A stretch of DNA of 44,686 bases from an uncultured Eubacteriales bacterium (GTDB lineage: Bacteria; Bacillota; Clostridia; Saccharofermentanales; UBA5734). The notes beneath the pieces were generated by a model. That model ran no database searches. It was given only the letters and a program-made list of their open reading frames with translations, and was not told the DNA's origin. This document shows, piece by piece, positions 6,384-16,103 of the stretch; the stretch's first letter is position 1; the number at the start of each line of letters is the position of its first letter. The position numbers and the translations under genes were made by a program. The stretch is taken from the NCBI GenBank assembly GCA_903919045.1, contig CAIXGU010000050.1:1-44686 (forward strand), given 5' to 3'.

Positions 6384-8714
6384 ATGGTGGCGTTGCAGAG
6401 GTACCGGAACGACCCCGAACCCAGAGGCCGCCGGCCGGGCGGCAAGGAGAACCGGGGGCGCGCTCCGGGACGGCCGGGCATCCGCCGACGCGGCACCTTC
6501 CTCGCGGTGCTCGCCCTGTGCGCCTTCTCCGGCTATCTCGTCTTCTCGCTCGTCCGGATCCAGGTCGTCGAGCACGAGGCGTACGCCCTCGAGGCCGCGA
6601 AGCTCCATTACCGCCTGATCCAGGAGAACCCCGTCCGCGGGGCGATCGTCGACCGCAACGGCCTCGCGCTCGCGGTCTCGAGCGTGACCGAGACCGTCGG
6701 CATGACGCCCGCCTCGGTCCACGGCCACTACGAGGACGCGGAGGGGAAGTCCGTCCCGCTGACGCGCCTCGAGCTGGCGCAGGGCATCGCCCAGGCGCTC
6801 TCGCTCGACGTCGACGAGGTCCGCTGGCTGTTCACCGGCCGTCCCCCGGCCGACGGCGTCGAGCCCGAGAAGATCGGCGCATCGAAGGCCTCCTACGTCC
6901 TTCTCAAGAAGCGCATCCCGACGAACGAGAGCGAGGCCCTCGAGGCCTTCATGGAAGCCAACAGCGTCGAGGGCATCAGGATCGACCGCGAGGTCAAGCG
7001 CTACTATCCCGACGGGAACCTCGCCCCGCAGGTCGTGGGCTTCTCCTCCGCGGCGGGGGAGGGCCTGCTCGGGCTCGAGCTGCAGTACGACGACGCGCTG
7101 TCCGGTTCGCCGGGCTTCACCTACGTCGAGACCGACGGCTACTACGGCGACGCCGGCCTGCCTTTCTCCGTACCGACCAGCCTGCGCGCGAAGGACGGAC
7201 TGACGCTCCACACGACCCTCGATGCGCGGATCCAGCGGATCGCCTCCGAGGAACTCCGCCAGGCGGTCGACCTCTACCAGGTCGAGCGCGGCGGGGTCGT
7301 GATCGTGATGGACCCGTACACGGGCGACGTGCTCGCCATGGCCTCGTGCCCCGATTTCGACGCGAACGACCCGAAGGCGCGCCCGGCGGGCTGGACGCAG
7401 GCGGAATGGGACCCGGACGGGAAGTCGGAGCTGACGGCCCTGCAGAGCCTCTATTGGCGGAACCTCGCGATCTCGAACACCTACGAGCCCGGCTCCACGT
7501 TCAAGGCGATCACGGCGGCCGCGGCCTTCGAGGAAGGCGTCGCGACGGAGCGCCAGCTGTTCTCCGACGCGCCGAACACCGAATTCCCGGAGTGGACGAT
7601 CAGCTGCTGGATCCAGAAGACCGGGAAGAACCACGGGACCGAGCGCCTCGAGCAGGGATTCTGGAATTCCTGCAACCCCGTGTTCGTCCAGGTCGCGAAG
7701 CTCGTCGGCCTCGACCGCTTCTACGGCTACGTGAAGGCGTTCGGCTTCGAGACCGTCACGGGCATCGACCTTCCGGGCGAAGCGCCCGGCATCTTCCACG
7801 CGACGCCGAAGACGATCGACTTCTACAGCCTCTCGTTCGGCGAGCAGTCGAACGTCACGCCGATCGCCCTGCTGACCGCGTACAACGCCTTCGCGAACGG
7901 CGGTTCGATCGTGCGCCCGCGCCTCGCGGCCTCGCTGACCGACGCGTCCGGCAAAGTGGTCCGGGAGATCCCGGTCGACGCGGAGCGGCGGGTCGTCTCG
8001 GAATCCACGGCCGCGCGCATCCGCGCGATGATGCGGGGCGTCGTCCTCTACGGCACGGGCTCGCCCGCCTACATCGAAGGCTACGACGTCGCCGGCAAGA
8101 CCAGCACCTCGAACACCGCGACCGAGAAGGTCGTGTCGTTCTGCGCGATGGCCCCGGCCGACCAGCCGGTCCTCACGGTCCTCGTCGTGCTGAACGCGCC
8201 CTCCTCGAAGACGTCCTCCACCGCCGCCTCCACGCTCGCCGCGAAGGTCCTCTCGCAGGGACTCGAGGCGCTCGGCGTCGAGCGGACGTACACCGACCGC
8301 GACCGCTCCGTCCTCATGGCCCGGAAGGCCGCGCCGGACTTCCGCGGCCTGACCCTCCGGGATGCCCGCAAGAAGGCCGTCTCCTTCGGGCTCACGCTCG
8401 TGCCCGCGGATCCCGCGATGGCCGAGGACGCCGTCGTGGGCGGCCAGTCTCCGGCCCCCGGGACCGCCCTCCACAAGGGCGCCGGCATCGGCGTCTCGGA
8501 CGCCGCGGACTTCCCGGAAGGCGATGCCGTGATGCCGGACCTGACCGGAAAGACCGCGAGCGAAGCGGTCGCCGCGCTCTTCGAGGCGGGACTGAACGCG
8601 GATTACCAGGGCGACGTGCTCGGGCTGGCCTCCTCGCAGGGCGCCGAGCCGGGCGCGCTGCTGCCGCGCTGGAGCAAGGTCGCCGTCGGATTCACCCGGG
8701 AGGTCGTGGAATGA
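6384..8714 (+). CDS. Class B penicillin-binding protein (FtsI/PBP2B/SpoVD type) with two C-terminal PASTA domains
   Basis: N-terminal TM anchor. Transpeptidase motifs are STFK (..EPGSTFKAIT..), SCN (..FWNSCNPVF..) and KTS (..VAGKTSTSN..). PASTA-like repeats are ..APDFRGLTLRDARKKAVSFGL.. and ..MPDLTGKTASEAVAALFEAGL... Confidence 0.92.
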   Translation: MVALQRYRNDPEPRGRRPGGKENRGRAPGRPGIRRRGTFLAVLALCAFSGYLVFSLVRIQVVEHEAYALEAAKLHYRLIQENPVRGAIVDRNGLALAVSSVTETVGMTPASVHGHYEDAEGKSVPLTRLELAQGIAQALSLDVDEVRWLFTGRPPADGVEPEKIGASKASYVLLKKRIPTNESEALEAFMEANSVEGIRIDREVKRYYPDGNLAPQVVGFSSAAGEGLLGLELQYDDALSGSPGFTYVETDGYYGDAGLPFSVPTSLRAKDGLTLHTTLDARIQRIASEELRQAVDLYQVERGGVVIVMDPYTGDVLAMASCPDFDANDPKARPAGWTQAEWDPDGKSELTALQSLYWRNLAISNTYEPGSTFKAITAAAAFEEGVATERQLFSDAPNTEFPEWTISCWIQKTGKNHGTERLEQGFWNSCNPVFVQVAKLVGLDRFYGYVKAFGFETVTGIDLPGEAPGIFHATPKTIDFYSLSFGEQSNVTPIALLTAYNAFANGGSIVRPRLAASLTDASGKVVREIPVDAERRVVSESTAARIRAMMRGVVLYGTGSPAYIEGYDVAGKTSTSNTATEKVVSFCAMAPADQPVLTVLVVLNAPSSKTSSTAASTLAAKVLSQGLEALGVERTYTDRDRSVLMARKAAPDFRGLTLRDARKKAVSFGLTLVPADPAMAEDAVVGGQSPAPGTALHKGAGIGVSDAADFPEGDAVMPDLTGKTASEAVAALFEAGLNADYQGDVLGLASSQGAEPGALLPRWSKVAVGFTREVVE

Positions 8715-10192
8715 GGCTGTCGGAACTGCTGGAAGGACTCGGGGCGGAGATCGTCGCGGGCGGGACGGACGTCGAGGTCGACGCGATCGCCTACGACTCG
8801 CGCAAGGCCCGGAAGGGGACGCTGTTCGTCTGCATCGAGGGCTTCGTGACCGACGGCCACCGCTACGTCGCCCAGGCCGCCGCCCAGGGATGCGCGGCCT
8901 TCCTCGCGCAGAAGCCGGTCGAGTCGCCGCCCGGCGCGACGGTCGTGCAGACGCCCGACACGCGCAAGGGCCTCGCCCATGTCTCCGACCGCTTCTTCGG
9001 GCACCCTTCCGGGAAGCTGCACATGATCGGCGTCACGGGGACGAAGGGGAAGACGACGACGACGTACATGGCCCGCGAGATCCTCCGGGCCGCGGGACAC
9101 CGCACGGGACTGATCGGGACGATCGCGAACATCATCGGCGACGAGGTCGTCTATGCCGCGCGCACGACGCCGGAGTCGTACGACCTGCAGGCGCTGCTCG
9201 CCGACATGGTCGCCGCGGGGATGGACAGCTGCGTCATGGAGGTCTCCTCGCAGGGTCTCGCGCTCGACCGCGTCTATCGCACCGCTTACGACACGGGCGT
9301 CTTCACGAACCTGTACAACGACCACATCGGGCCGTCCGAGCACGCGACGTTCGACGATTACGCCGCCGCGAAGGCCGAGCTGTTCCGCCGCTGCCGCAGC
9401 GCGCTCGTGAACGCCGACGCCCCTCACGCCACGCGCATGCTCGCCGCGGCGACCGGCCGCGTCCTCACGTACGGCCTCGCCGCGTCGGCGGACGTCCGCG
9501 CCGAGGACGTCGAGCGCGCCGTCGAGGGAGACCGCGTCGGCACGCGGTTCACGCTCGTCTCCCCGTGGTTCTCGGGCCGCGTCTTCGTGGGCATGCCGGG
9601 CCGCTTCAATCTCTACAACGCGCTCGCCGCGGCGGGCTGCGCCGGCCTCGCCGGCTGCTCGCTCGAGGACGTCCGCGCCGGGCTCGCGACGGCGACCGTC
9701 AAGGGCCGCGTCCAGCCGGTCCCCACGCACCGCGGCTTCACCGTCGTCGTGGACTACGCGCACAACGCCGCGAGTCTCGAAAGCCTGCTCGAGACCCTGC
9801 GCGAATACGTCGACGGCCGCCTCTCCGTCGTCTTCGGCTGCGGCGGCGACCGGGCGAAGTCGCGCCGGTACGAGATGGGCGCGGTCGCCGGGCGGCTCGC
9901 CGACTTCACGTACGTCACGTCGGACAACCCTCGGACCGAGGACCCGGCCGCGATCATCGCCGACATCCTGTCGACGCTCGTCCCCACCGGCGGCGCCCAT
10001 GCCGTCGTCCCCGACCGCCGGGCGGCGATCGGGCGGGCGATCGCCGAGGCACGGCCCGGCGACATGGTCGTCATCGCCGGAAAGGGCCACGAGAACTACC
10101 AGATCTTCGCGGACCGGACGATCCATTTCGACGATGCGGAGGAGGCCGAAGCGGCGATCGCCGCGCTGCCGCCCGCGGGTCCCGAGGGATGA
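8711..10192 (+). CDS. murE: UDP-N-acetylmuramoyl-L-alanyl-D-glutamate--2,6-diaminopimelate ligase
   Basis: ATGA overlap with the PBP stop. P-loop ..GVTGTKGKTTTT.. is present. The DNPR motif (..VTSDNPRTEDP..) is associated with meso-DAP-adding MurE enzymes. Confidence 0.93.
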   Translation: MRLSELLEGLGAEIVAGGTDVEVDAIAYDSRKARKGTLFVCIEGFVTDGHRYVAQAAAQGCAAFLAQKPVESPPGATVVQTPDTRKGLAHVSDRFFGHPSGKLHMIGVTGTKGKTTTTYMAREILRAAGHRTGLIGTIANIIGDEVVYAARTTPESYDLQALLADMVAAGMDSCVMEVSSQGLALDRVYRTAYDTGVFTNLYNDHIGPSEHATFDDYAAAKAELFRRCRSALVNADAPHATRMLAAATGRVLTYGLAASADVRAEDVERAVEGDRVGTRFTLVSPWFSGRVFVGMPGRFNLYNALAAAGCAGLAGCSLEDVRAGLATATVKGRVQPVPTHRGFTVVVDYAHNAASLESLLETLREYVDGRLSVVFGCGGDRAKSRRYEMGAVAGRLADFTYVTSDNPRTEDPAAIIADILSTLVPTGGAHAVVPDRRAAIGRAIAEARPGDMVVIAGKGHENYQIFADRTIHFDDAEEAEAAIAALPPAGPEG

Positions 10193-11697
10193 GACCCGCC
10201 TCGCTCGCCGACCTCCTCGCCTGCACGGGCGCCCGGTCCGCCGGAGCGTCCGCCGCGTCCGCCCCCGCGGTCCTCGGCGTGTCGACCGACACCCGCTCGA
10301 TCCGTCCGGGCGACCTCTACGTCGCCCTCCGCGGCGCGTCCTTCGACGGCCACGCCTTCCTCGGCGCCGCCGCCGACGCCGGCGCGTCCGCCCTCTGCGC
10401 GAGCGACCCCGCGCTCCTCGCCGAGACCCTCGCCCGCTGCGGCGACCGGCCGATCGGAGCGCTTCTCGTCGACGACACCCTCGCGGCCTATCAGCGGATC
10501 GCCGCGTGGCACCGCGCGTCGCTGCCCGCGAAGGTCCTCGCCGTCACCGGCAGCGTCGGGAAGACCTCGACGCGCGACCTCGCCGCCGCCGCGCTGGCCG
10601 CGGGGCTGCGCACGCATCGCACGGCGGCGAACCTGAACAACGAGATCGGCCTGCCGAAGACGCTGCTCGAGGCCGACGAGACGCACGAGGCGATCGTCGT
10701 CGAGATGGGCATGCGCGCGGCCGGGGAGATCGCGACGCTGTCGCGCATCGCCGCACCCGACGGGGCGGCCGTGACGAACGTCGGCACCGCGCACATCGAG
10801 TTCCTGGGTTCGCGAGAGGCGATCCTCGCCGCCAAGATGGAGATCGCGGAAGGGCTCCGAGACGGCGGCGCCCTGTTCCTCAACCTCGACGACCCCCGTC
10901 TGCGCGGCTGGGCCGCGGCCGTGCCGGCGTCCGGCCGGCTGCCCGCCACGGGACGTCGCGCGGCGATCGTCGCGCTGCGCACCGAGGAAGGGGAGGGCGG
11001 CGCTCCGCCGCCGTCCTGCGCCGCCTCGCTCACGGCCCGCCGCATCCGGATCGGCGCCGACGGCGCGCGCTTCGACGCCGAGCGCACGGACGGGGAGGGG
11101 ACCTCGCTCCTCCGCGACGTCTTCGTGCCGGTCCCCGGGATCCACGCGGTCCGCAACGCCCTCGTCGCCCTCGCCGCCGCCGCCTGGGCCGGCGTCGCGC
11201 CGGAGCGCGCCGCAGCCGGAATCGCCGCCTTCGCCCCCACGGGCGCGCGCATGCGCGTCTCCGACCTCGGGCGCATCGTCCTGGTCGACGACTCCTACAA
11301 TGCGAGCCCCGAATCGATGGAAGCCGCCTTCGCCGCCCAGCGCGCGCTCGCCGCGGGGCGCCGGACCGTCGCCGCCCTCGGCGGGATGAACGAGCTCGGC
11401 GCGCACGCCGAGGCCGCGCACCGCGCGACCGGCGCCGCCGCCGCGAAGGCCGGCGTCCGGCTGCTGCTCGCGACCGGCCCCCACGCCGACGCGCTCGCGG
11501 ACGGCTACCGCGCTTCCGCTCCGCCGGACGGCGCGGCGTTCGTCGCGTCCGACGTGGAGGCGCTCTCCGAGGCGCTCCTCCCGCGGCTCGCGGACGGGGA
11601 CGTCGTCCTCGTGAAGGGGTCGCGCGGCTTCGCGATGGAAAGGGTGGCGCGCACCGTAGCCGCGCGGTACGATGGCTCCAGGGAGGAACCCGCATGA
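10189..11697 (+). CDS. murF: UDP-N-acetylmuramoyl-tripeptide--D-alanyl-D-alanine ligase
   Basis: ATGA overlap with the murE stop. Motifs ..VSTDTRSIRPGDLYVALRG..FDGHAF.. and P-loop ..VTGSVGKTST.. are present. Confidence 0.92.
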   Translation: MRPASLADLLACTGARSAGASAASAPAVLGVSTDTRSIRPGDLYVALRGASFDGHAFLGAAADAGASALCASDPALLAETLARCGDRPIGALLVDDTLAAYQRIAAWHRASLPAKVLAVTGSVGKTSTRDLAAAALAAGLRTHRTAANLNNEIGLPKTLLEADETHEAIVVEMGMRAAGEIATLSRIAAPDGAAVTNVGTAHIEFLGSREAILAAKMEIAEGLRDGGALFLNLDDPRLRGWAAAVPASGRLPATGRRAAIVALRTEEGEGGAPPPSCAASLTARRIRIGADGARFDAERTDGEGTSLLRDVFVPVPGIHAVRNALVALAAAAWAGVAPERAAAGIAAFAPTGARMRVSDLGRIVLVDDSYNASPESMEAAFAAQRALAAGRRTVAALGGMNELGAHAEAAHRATGAAAAKAGVRLLLATGPHADALADGYRASAPPDGAAFVASDVEALSEALLPRLADGDVVLVKGSRGFAMERVARTVAARYDGSREEPA

Positions 11698-12800
11698 CGA
11701 CGACCGCACTGACGACCCTCTTCGCCGCCGACGGAGCGGTTCCCGCGCTCGACCGCTTCTTCTCGGCCGTCTCGGGCGTCTGGGCCGCCTTCGTGCTCAC
11801 GCCGCTGCCCAAGGCGCTGCTCCTCGGGCTCGGCTTCCTCGCGGCGACCGTCCTCGCGGGGATTCCGGGGATGCCGCTCCTCCGCCGCCTCAAGGTCGGC
11901 CAGACCGTCCGTTCGGACGGCCCGCAGTCCCACCTGTCGAAGACGGGGACGCCGACGTTCGGCGGCCTCCTGTTCCTCGCCCCGATCCTCGCGTTCGGGC
12001 TCGTCGGGCCCGCCCTGTTCCCGCAGTTCGACCAGATCCCCGCGCTCACCCTCATGGTCGCCGGCTATGCGTTCGTCGGATTCCTCGACGACTACGTCAA
12101 AGTCCGCGTGAACAAGAAGGGGCTCTCGATCGCGGCGAAATCGCTGATCCTGCTGGCGATCTCGACGGCCTTCACGGCCTATCTCCTGTACTTCTCCGAC
12201 ATGTCCGTCGTCCTCGTCCTCCCGTTCTCGGGCGGAGCGCCGCCCGTCGAGGTGACGGGCGCCTGGCGCGCGGTCTACGGCGTCTTCCTCGTCGCCTTCC
12301 TGTACATCGTGACGAACGCCGTGAACATCACGGACGGCGTCGACGGTCTGGCCTCCAGCGTCACCGCGATCGTGGCCGCCTCGCTGGGCCTGCTCGCGCT
12401 CGCCCTGCCCGAGGCCGTGGACGACCGCCGCGCGATCGCCTACTTCGCGTTCTCGATCGTCGGGGGCTGCCTCGGCTTCCTGTTCTACAACCGGCACCCG
12501 GCCCGCGTCTTCATGGGAGACACCGGCTCGATGGCCCTCGGCGCGGCCGTGGCCGGCATCTCGATCCTCATGGGCTGCCCCTGGATCCTGATCCCGGCCG
12601 GCATCGTGTACGTCATCGAAGGCGGCTCGGTGGCGATCCAGGTATTCTGGTACAAGCGGACGAAGACGCGCATCTTCCGGATGTCCCCGATCCACCACCA
12701 TTACGAGCTCGGCGGGTGGGGCGAATGGAGGATCGTCGGCGTCTTCTCGGCCGTCGCCGCGCTGGGCTGCGCCGTCGCCGCCCTGTCGCTCCTGCTGTAG
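11694..12800 (+). CDS. mraY: Phospho-N-acetylmuramoyl-pentapeptide transferase
   Basis: ATGA overlap with the murF stop. MraY motifs are ..GPQSHLSKTGTPTFGG.., ..NAVNITDGVDGLAS.. and ..FMGDTGSMALG... Confidence 0.94.
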   Translation: MTTTALTTLFAADGAVPALDRFFSAVSGVWAAFVLTPLPKALLLGLGFLAATVLAGIPGMPLLRRLKVGQTVRSDGPQSHLSKTGTPTFGGLLFLAPILAFGLVGPALFPQFDQIPALTLMVAGYAFVGFLDDYVKVRVNKKGLSIAAKSLILLAISTAFTAYLLYFSDMSVVLVLPFSGGAPPVEVTGAWRAVYGVFLVAFLYIVTNAVNITDGVDGLASSVTAIVAASLGLLALALPEAVDDRRAIAYFAFSIVGGCLGFLFYNRHPARVFMGDTGSMALGAAVAGISILMGCPWILIPAGIVYVIEGGSVAIQVFWYKRTKTRIFRMSPIHHHYELGGWGEWRIVGVFSAVAALGCAVAALSLLL

Positions 12801-12808
12801 GAGGTCCC

Positions 12809-14233
12809 ATGGCGGACCGCCGGCCCCCGCATCCCCCGACCTCCCCGCCGCCGCGGCGACCCCTGGACCCGCGCGACCGCCGGCGCGCCCGCAGGGCCGC
12901 GCGGAAGGCCGCGGCCCCGGTCCTGCGCGCACGCCCCTCGCCCGTCGACGTGCCGTTCCTGTTCGGCGTCCTCGTCCTGTTCTGCGGCGGCCTCGTGATG
13001 CTCCTTTCGGCCAGCATGTACGCCGGCCTCACCCAGACCCAGGTCGAGGACCCCCTGTTCTTCTTCCTGCGCCAGGTGCTCTTCGCGGTGGTCGGGATCG
13101 CGGCCGCGACCTACGTCGCCGTCTTCAACCTCCGCGTCCTCGACCGCCGGTGGGTCGGATGGGCCTTCTACGGCCTCTCCCTCGTCCTGCTGCTGGCCGT
13201 CCTCGCCGTCGGCCGCGTCGTCGGCGGCGCCCGCCGCTGGTTCAGCTTCGGCGGCTTCCAGCTGCAGCCCACGGAAGTCTGCAAGATCCTCCTGATCGTC
13301 TGCCTCGCGATCTACTACTCGCATCTCGACCGGCGCCGCGCCGAGGGCCGGCTCGAGCGGCGCACGCCGTTCGGCACGGTCGCCTACGGGGTCTGGGCCG
13401 AGTTCCTGGCGCCGCTCGCCCTCCTGCTCCCGGCGATCGCCCTGATCGCGATGGAGCCCCACTTCAGCGGCATCGCGATCCTGCTCCTGACGGCCGTCTC
13501 CATGATCCTCATGTCCGGCGCGCGGCCGCGCTCGATCGCCCTCGGCTTCCTCGCGGTCGCGGTCCTCGTCGGGGTCGTCGTCCTGCTCGCCGTCGCCTTC
13601 CTGCCCGCGCTGCTCCCGGTGCTGCCCGCGTCCCTGCAGAAGTACGCGAACCTGACCTACGTGGAGAACCGGCTCGCCATCTTCTTCCACCCCGAGACGG
13701 TCTCGGCGGACCTGAAGCTCCAGATGCTGCAGGCCATCCAGGCGCTCGGCGCCGGCGGCCTCACGGGCGTCGGCTTCGGCATGGGCCGGCAGAAGTTCGG
13801 CTACCTGCCGATGTCCTACAACGACTACATCTTCGCGATCATCGGCGAGGAGCTCGGACTGATCGGCGCCCTCGCCGTGCTCGGCCTGTTCCTGTTCCTG
13901 CTGTTCCGCGGCCTGCGGATCGCGCGCCGGTCCGGCACCACGTTCGGCTACCTGCTCGCGGGCGGGTCGACCGTGCTCCTGGTCGTGCAGGCGCTGCTCC
14001 ACATCGGCGTGTCGACCAACTCGATCCCGCCGACCGGCATCTCCCTGCCGTTCTTCAGCTACGGCGGCAGCAGCAACCTCTTCTTCCTCGCCGCGGTCGG
14101 CATCGTCCTGTCCGTCTCGCGCATGCCGCGGCCCGACAACGCGGCTCCCGCCGCCGCTCCGACGAAGCCGCCGCGCCCCGCCGCGCCCGTCCGTGCGCCG
14201 GACGCCGCGCGCCGTACGGAGGGACGCCCATGA
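12809..14233 (+). CDS. ftsW: SEDS family cell-division glycosyltransferase FtsW/SpoVE with an Arg/Pro-rich N-terminal extension
   Basis: The SD AGGAGG precedes ATG 12809. SEDS motifs are ..QLQPTEVCKILLIV.., ..EPHFSGIAILLL.., ..NDYIFAIIGEELGLIGA.. and ..PPTGISLPFFSYGGSS... The position between mraY and murG supports the call. Confidence 0.9.
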   Translation: MADRRPPHPPTSPPPRRPLDPRDRRRARRAARKAAAPVLRARPSPVDVPFLFGVLVLFCGGLVMLLSASMYAGLTQTQVEDPLFFFLRQVLFAVVGIAAATYVAVFNLRVLDRRWVGWAFYGLSLVLLLAVLAVGRVVGGARRWFSFGGFQLQPTEVCKILLIVCLAIYYSHLDRRRAEGRLERRTPFGTVAYGVWAEFLAPLALLLPAIALIAMEPHFSGIAILLLTAVSMILMSGARPRSIALGFLAVAVLVGVVVLLAVAFLPALLPVLPASLQKYANLTYVENRLAIFFHPETVSADLKLQMLQAIQALGAGGLTGVGFGMGRQKFGYLPMSYNDYIFAIIGEELGLIGALAVLGLFLFLLFRGLRIARRSGTTFGYLLAGGSTVLLVVQALLHIGVSTNSIPPTGISLPFFSYGGSSNLFFLAAVGIVLSVSRMPRPDNAAPAAAPTKPPRPAAPVRAPDAARRTEGRP

Positions 14234-15378
14234 GCCGGCCGCTGCGCGTCCTCCTCGCCGCCGGCGGCACGAGCGGCCACGTCCACCCCGCGATCGCGGT
14301 CGCCGAGGCCCTGCGCGCCCGCATGCCGGACGCCGCGATCCTCTTCGCCGGCACCGCGGACAAGCTCGAGAGCCGCGTCGTCCCCGCCGCCGGGTTCGAC
14401 TTCCGAAGCCTCCGCGCGCGCGGTTTCCCGCGCAGGCCCTCGCTCGACACGCTGCGCGCGGTCCGCGTCCTCCTGCAGGGCCGGCGCGACGCGATCGCCC
14501 TGATCCGCGCCTTCGCGCCCGACGTCGTGCTCGGCACCGGCGGCTACGTCTGCGGGCCCGTCGTATTCGCGGCGGCGCGCCTCGGCGTGCCGGTCGTCCT
14601 GCACGAGCAGAACGCCTTCCCCGGACGCGCGAACCGCCTCCTCTCCCGGCGCGCCCATACGGTCTGCCTGAGCTTCCCGGACTCCGCCGGCCGCTTCCCG
14701 CGCCGGGTCCGCACGGCGATGACGGGCTACCCCGTCCGTCCGGCGTTCTTCCACGCGGACCGCGACGAGGCGCGCGCGCGGCTCGGCCTTCCTACCGACG
14801 CGCCCTTCGTGCTCGCCTTCGGCGGCAGCCTCGGCGCCCGGACGATCAACCGCGCCGTGCTCTCCCTCCTGAAGGAGGGTCCTGCGCCCCTCGGCGCCCG
14901 GTTCCTGCTCGCCACCGGCGCGACGCTCCGCGACGAGGCGCGCGCGGAGGCCGCGGCGCTGCCGCCCGGGGCCGCGCTCGACCTGGCCGAGTACATCGAG
15001 GAGCCCCAGGTCGCGATGGCCGCCGCGGACCTCGTCGTCGGGCGTGCCGGCGCCGGCACCTGCGCCGAGATCGCGGCGCTCGGGAAGCCCTCGGTCCTCG
15101 TGCCGTACCCGTTCGCGCCGAACGACCACCAGACCTACAACGCGCGCTCCCTGGCCGATGCCGGCGCCGCCGTCCTCGTCCCCGACGCGGAGTTCGACGC
15201 GGCGCGCCTGCGCGCGCTGCTCGGCGACCTGCTGACGGACCGGCGCCGGATGCTGCGCATGGCGGCCGCCGCGAAATCGCTCGCCCGCGAGGACTGCGCG
15301 GACCGCATCGTGGACCGCCTCCTCGAGGCCGCGGGGCGCGGCGGGGCGGAGGAAGCGGGGCAGGAGGGGGCGCGATGA
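14230..15378 (+). CDS. murG: UDP-N-acetylglucosamine--N-acetylmuramyl-(pentapeptide) pyrophosphoryl-undecaprenol GlcNAc transferase
   Basis: ATGA overlap with the ftsW stop. Motifs ..LLAAGGTSGHVHPAIAVAEAL.. and ..HEQNAFPGRANR.. are present. Confidence 0.93.
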   Translation: MSRPLRVLLAAGGTSGHVHPAIAVAEALRARMPDAAILFAGTADKLESRVVPAAGFDFRSLRARGFPRRPSLDTLRAVRVLLQGRRDAIALIRAFAPDVVLGTGGYVCGPVVFAAARLGVPVVLHEQNAFPGRANRLLSRRAHTVCLSFPDSAGRFPRRVRTAMTGYPVRPAFFHADRDEARARLGLPTDAPFVLAFGGSLGARTINRAVLSLLKEGPAPLGARFLLATGATLRDEARAEAAALPPGAALDLAEYIEEPQVAMAAADLVVGRAGAGTCAEIAALGKPSVLVPYPFAPNDHQTYNARSLADAGAAVLVPDAEFDAARLRALLGDLLTDRRRMLRMAAAAKSLAREDCADRIVDRLLEAAGRGGAEEAGQEGAR

Positions 15379-16103
15379 TCGTGCTCGCCCACCGCGGCGC
15401 CTCCGGGACCGCGCCCGAGAACACGATGGCCGCCTTCCGCCGCGCCGCGGAGCTCGGGGCGGACGGCCTCGAGCTCGACGTGCAGCGGTCGGCGGACGGC
15501 GCGGTCGTCGTCCTGCACGACGCCGACGTGCGCCGGACGAGCGACGGGACCGGACCCGTCGCGTCGCTCTCCCTTCCTGCGCTGCGCCGGCTCGACTTCG
15601 GCGGCTGGTTCTCCCCTGCGTTCCGCGGCGAGCCGATCCCGCTGCTCGCCGAGGTCGCGGACTTCGTCGCCGCGCGAGGCCTCTGGCTGAACATCGAGCT
15701 CAAGGGCGACCCGGATCTCGACCCGGCCCTGCCCGGCGCCGTGGCCGCCGTGGTCCGCGGACGGCTCGACCCCGCCCGCACGATCCTGTCGACGTTCGAC
15801 GCGGGTGCCTGGGACGCCGTCGCCGCGGCGCTGCCCGGATACCCCCGCGCCCTGCTCGTCGAGCGCCTCGACGCGGACGCGTGGCGGCTCCTCGCGCGGC
15901 GCGACGCATCCGGCGCGCCCTTCTTCCGCTTCGCCCACCCGGGGCACCGCGCGGTGACCGCGTCGTCGCTCGCACGGCTCCGCGCCGCCGGGCTCCGCGT
16001 GCACCCCTGGACGCTCGACCGGCCCCGCCCGACCGCGCGGATGCTCGCGCTCGGCGTCGACGGGATCATCACGGGCTTCCCCGAGCGGGTGCGCGGGCGA
16101 TGA
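15375..16103 (+). CDS. Glycerophosphodiester phosphodiesterase (GDPD/UgpQ-like, no signal peptide)
   Basis: The translation MIVLAHRGASGTAPENTMAAF..GADGLELDVQRSADGAVVVLHDADV.. carries the GDPD HRG..ENT..E.D..HD pattern. ATGA overlaps are present at both ends (with murG and with ftsQ). Confidence 0.88.
   Translation: MIVLAHRGASGTAPENTMAAFRRAAELGADGLELDVQRSADGAVVVLHDADVRRTSDGTGPVASLSLPALRRLDFGGWFSPAFRGEPIPLLAEVADFVAARGLWLNIELKGDPDLDPALPGAVAAVVRGRLDPARTILSTFDAGAWDAVAAALPGYPRALLVERLDADAWRLLARRDASGAPFFRFAHPGHRAVTASSLARLRAAGLRVHPWTLDRPRPTARMLALGVDGIITGFPERVRGR

Noticed and set aside
5598-8474. Very long antisense ORFs: 958 aa at 5598-8474(-), 880 aa at 23706-26348(-), 826 aa at 36764-39244(-), 710 aa at 14846-16978(-), 683 aa at 28511-30562(-), and many more.
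   Set aside because: They lie opposite genes with unambiguous conserved motifs. Their translations are Arg/Gly/Ala/Asp/Glu-rich low-complexity strings with no recognisable motifs. High G/C at codon position 3 suppresses stop codons in alternative frames, so these are classic shadow ORFs.
6287-10192. A 1301-aa plus-strand ORF that looks like a giant fusion protein ending in MurE. The ORFs 8890-11697, 9999-12800, 11672-14233, 13150-15378 and 14193-16103 are similar.
   Set aside because: Only the last part of each ORF is real: it starts at the ATG within an ATGA overlap and carries Mur, Fts or GDPD motifs. The N-terminal portions are out-of-frame read-through of the preceding gene and translate to Arg/Pro/Gly-rich nonsense.
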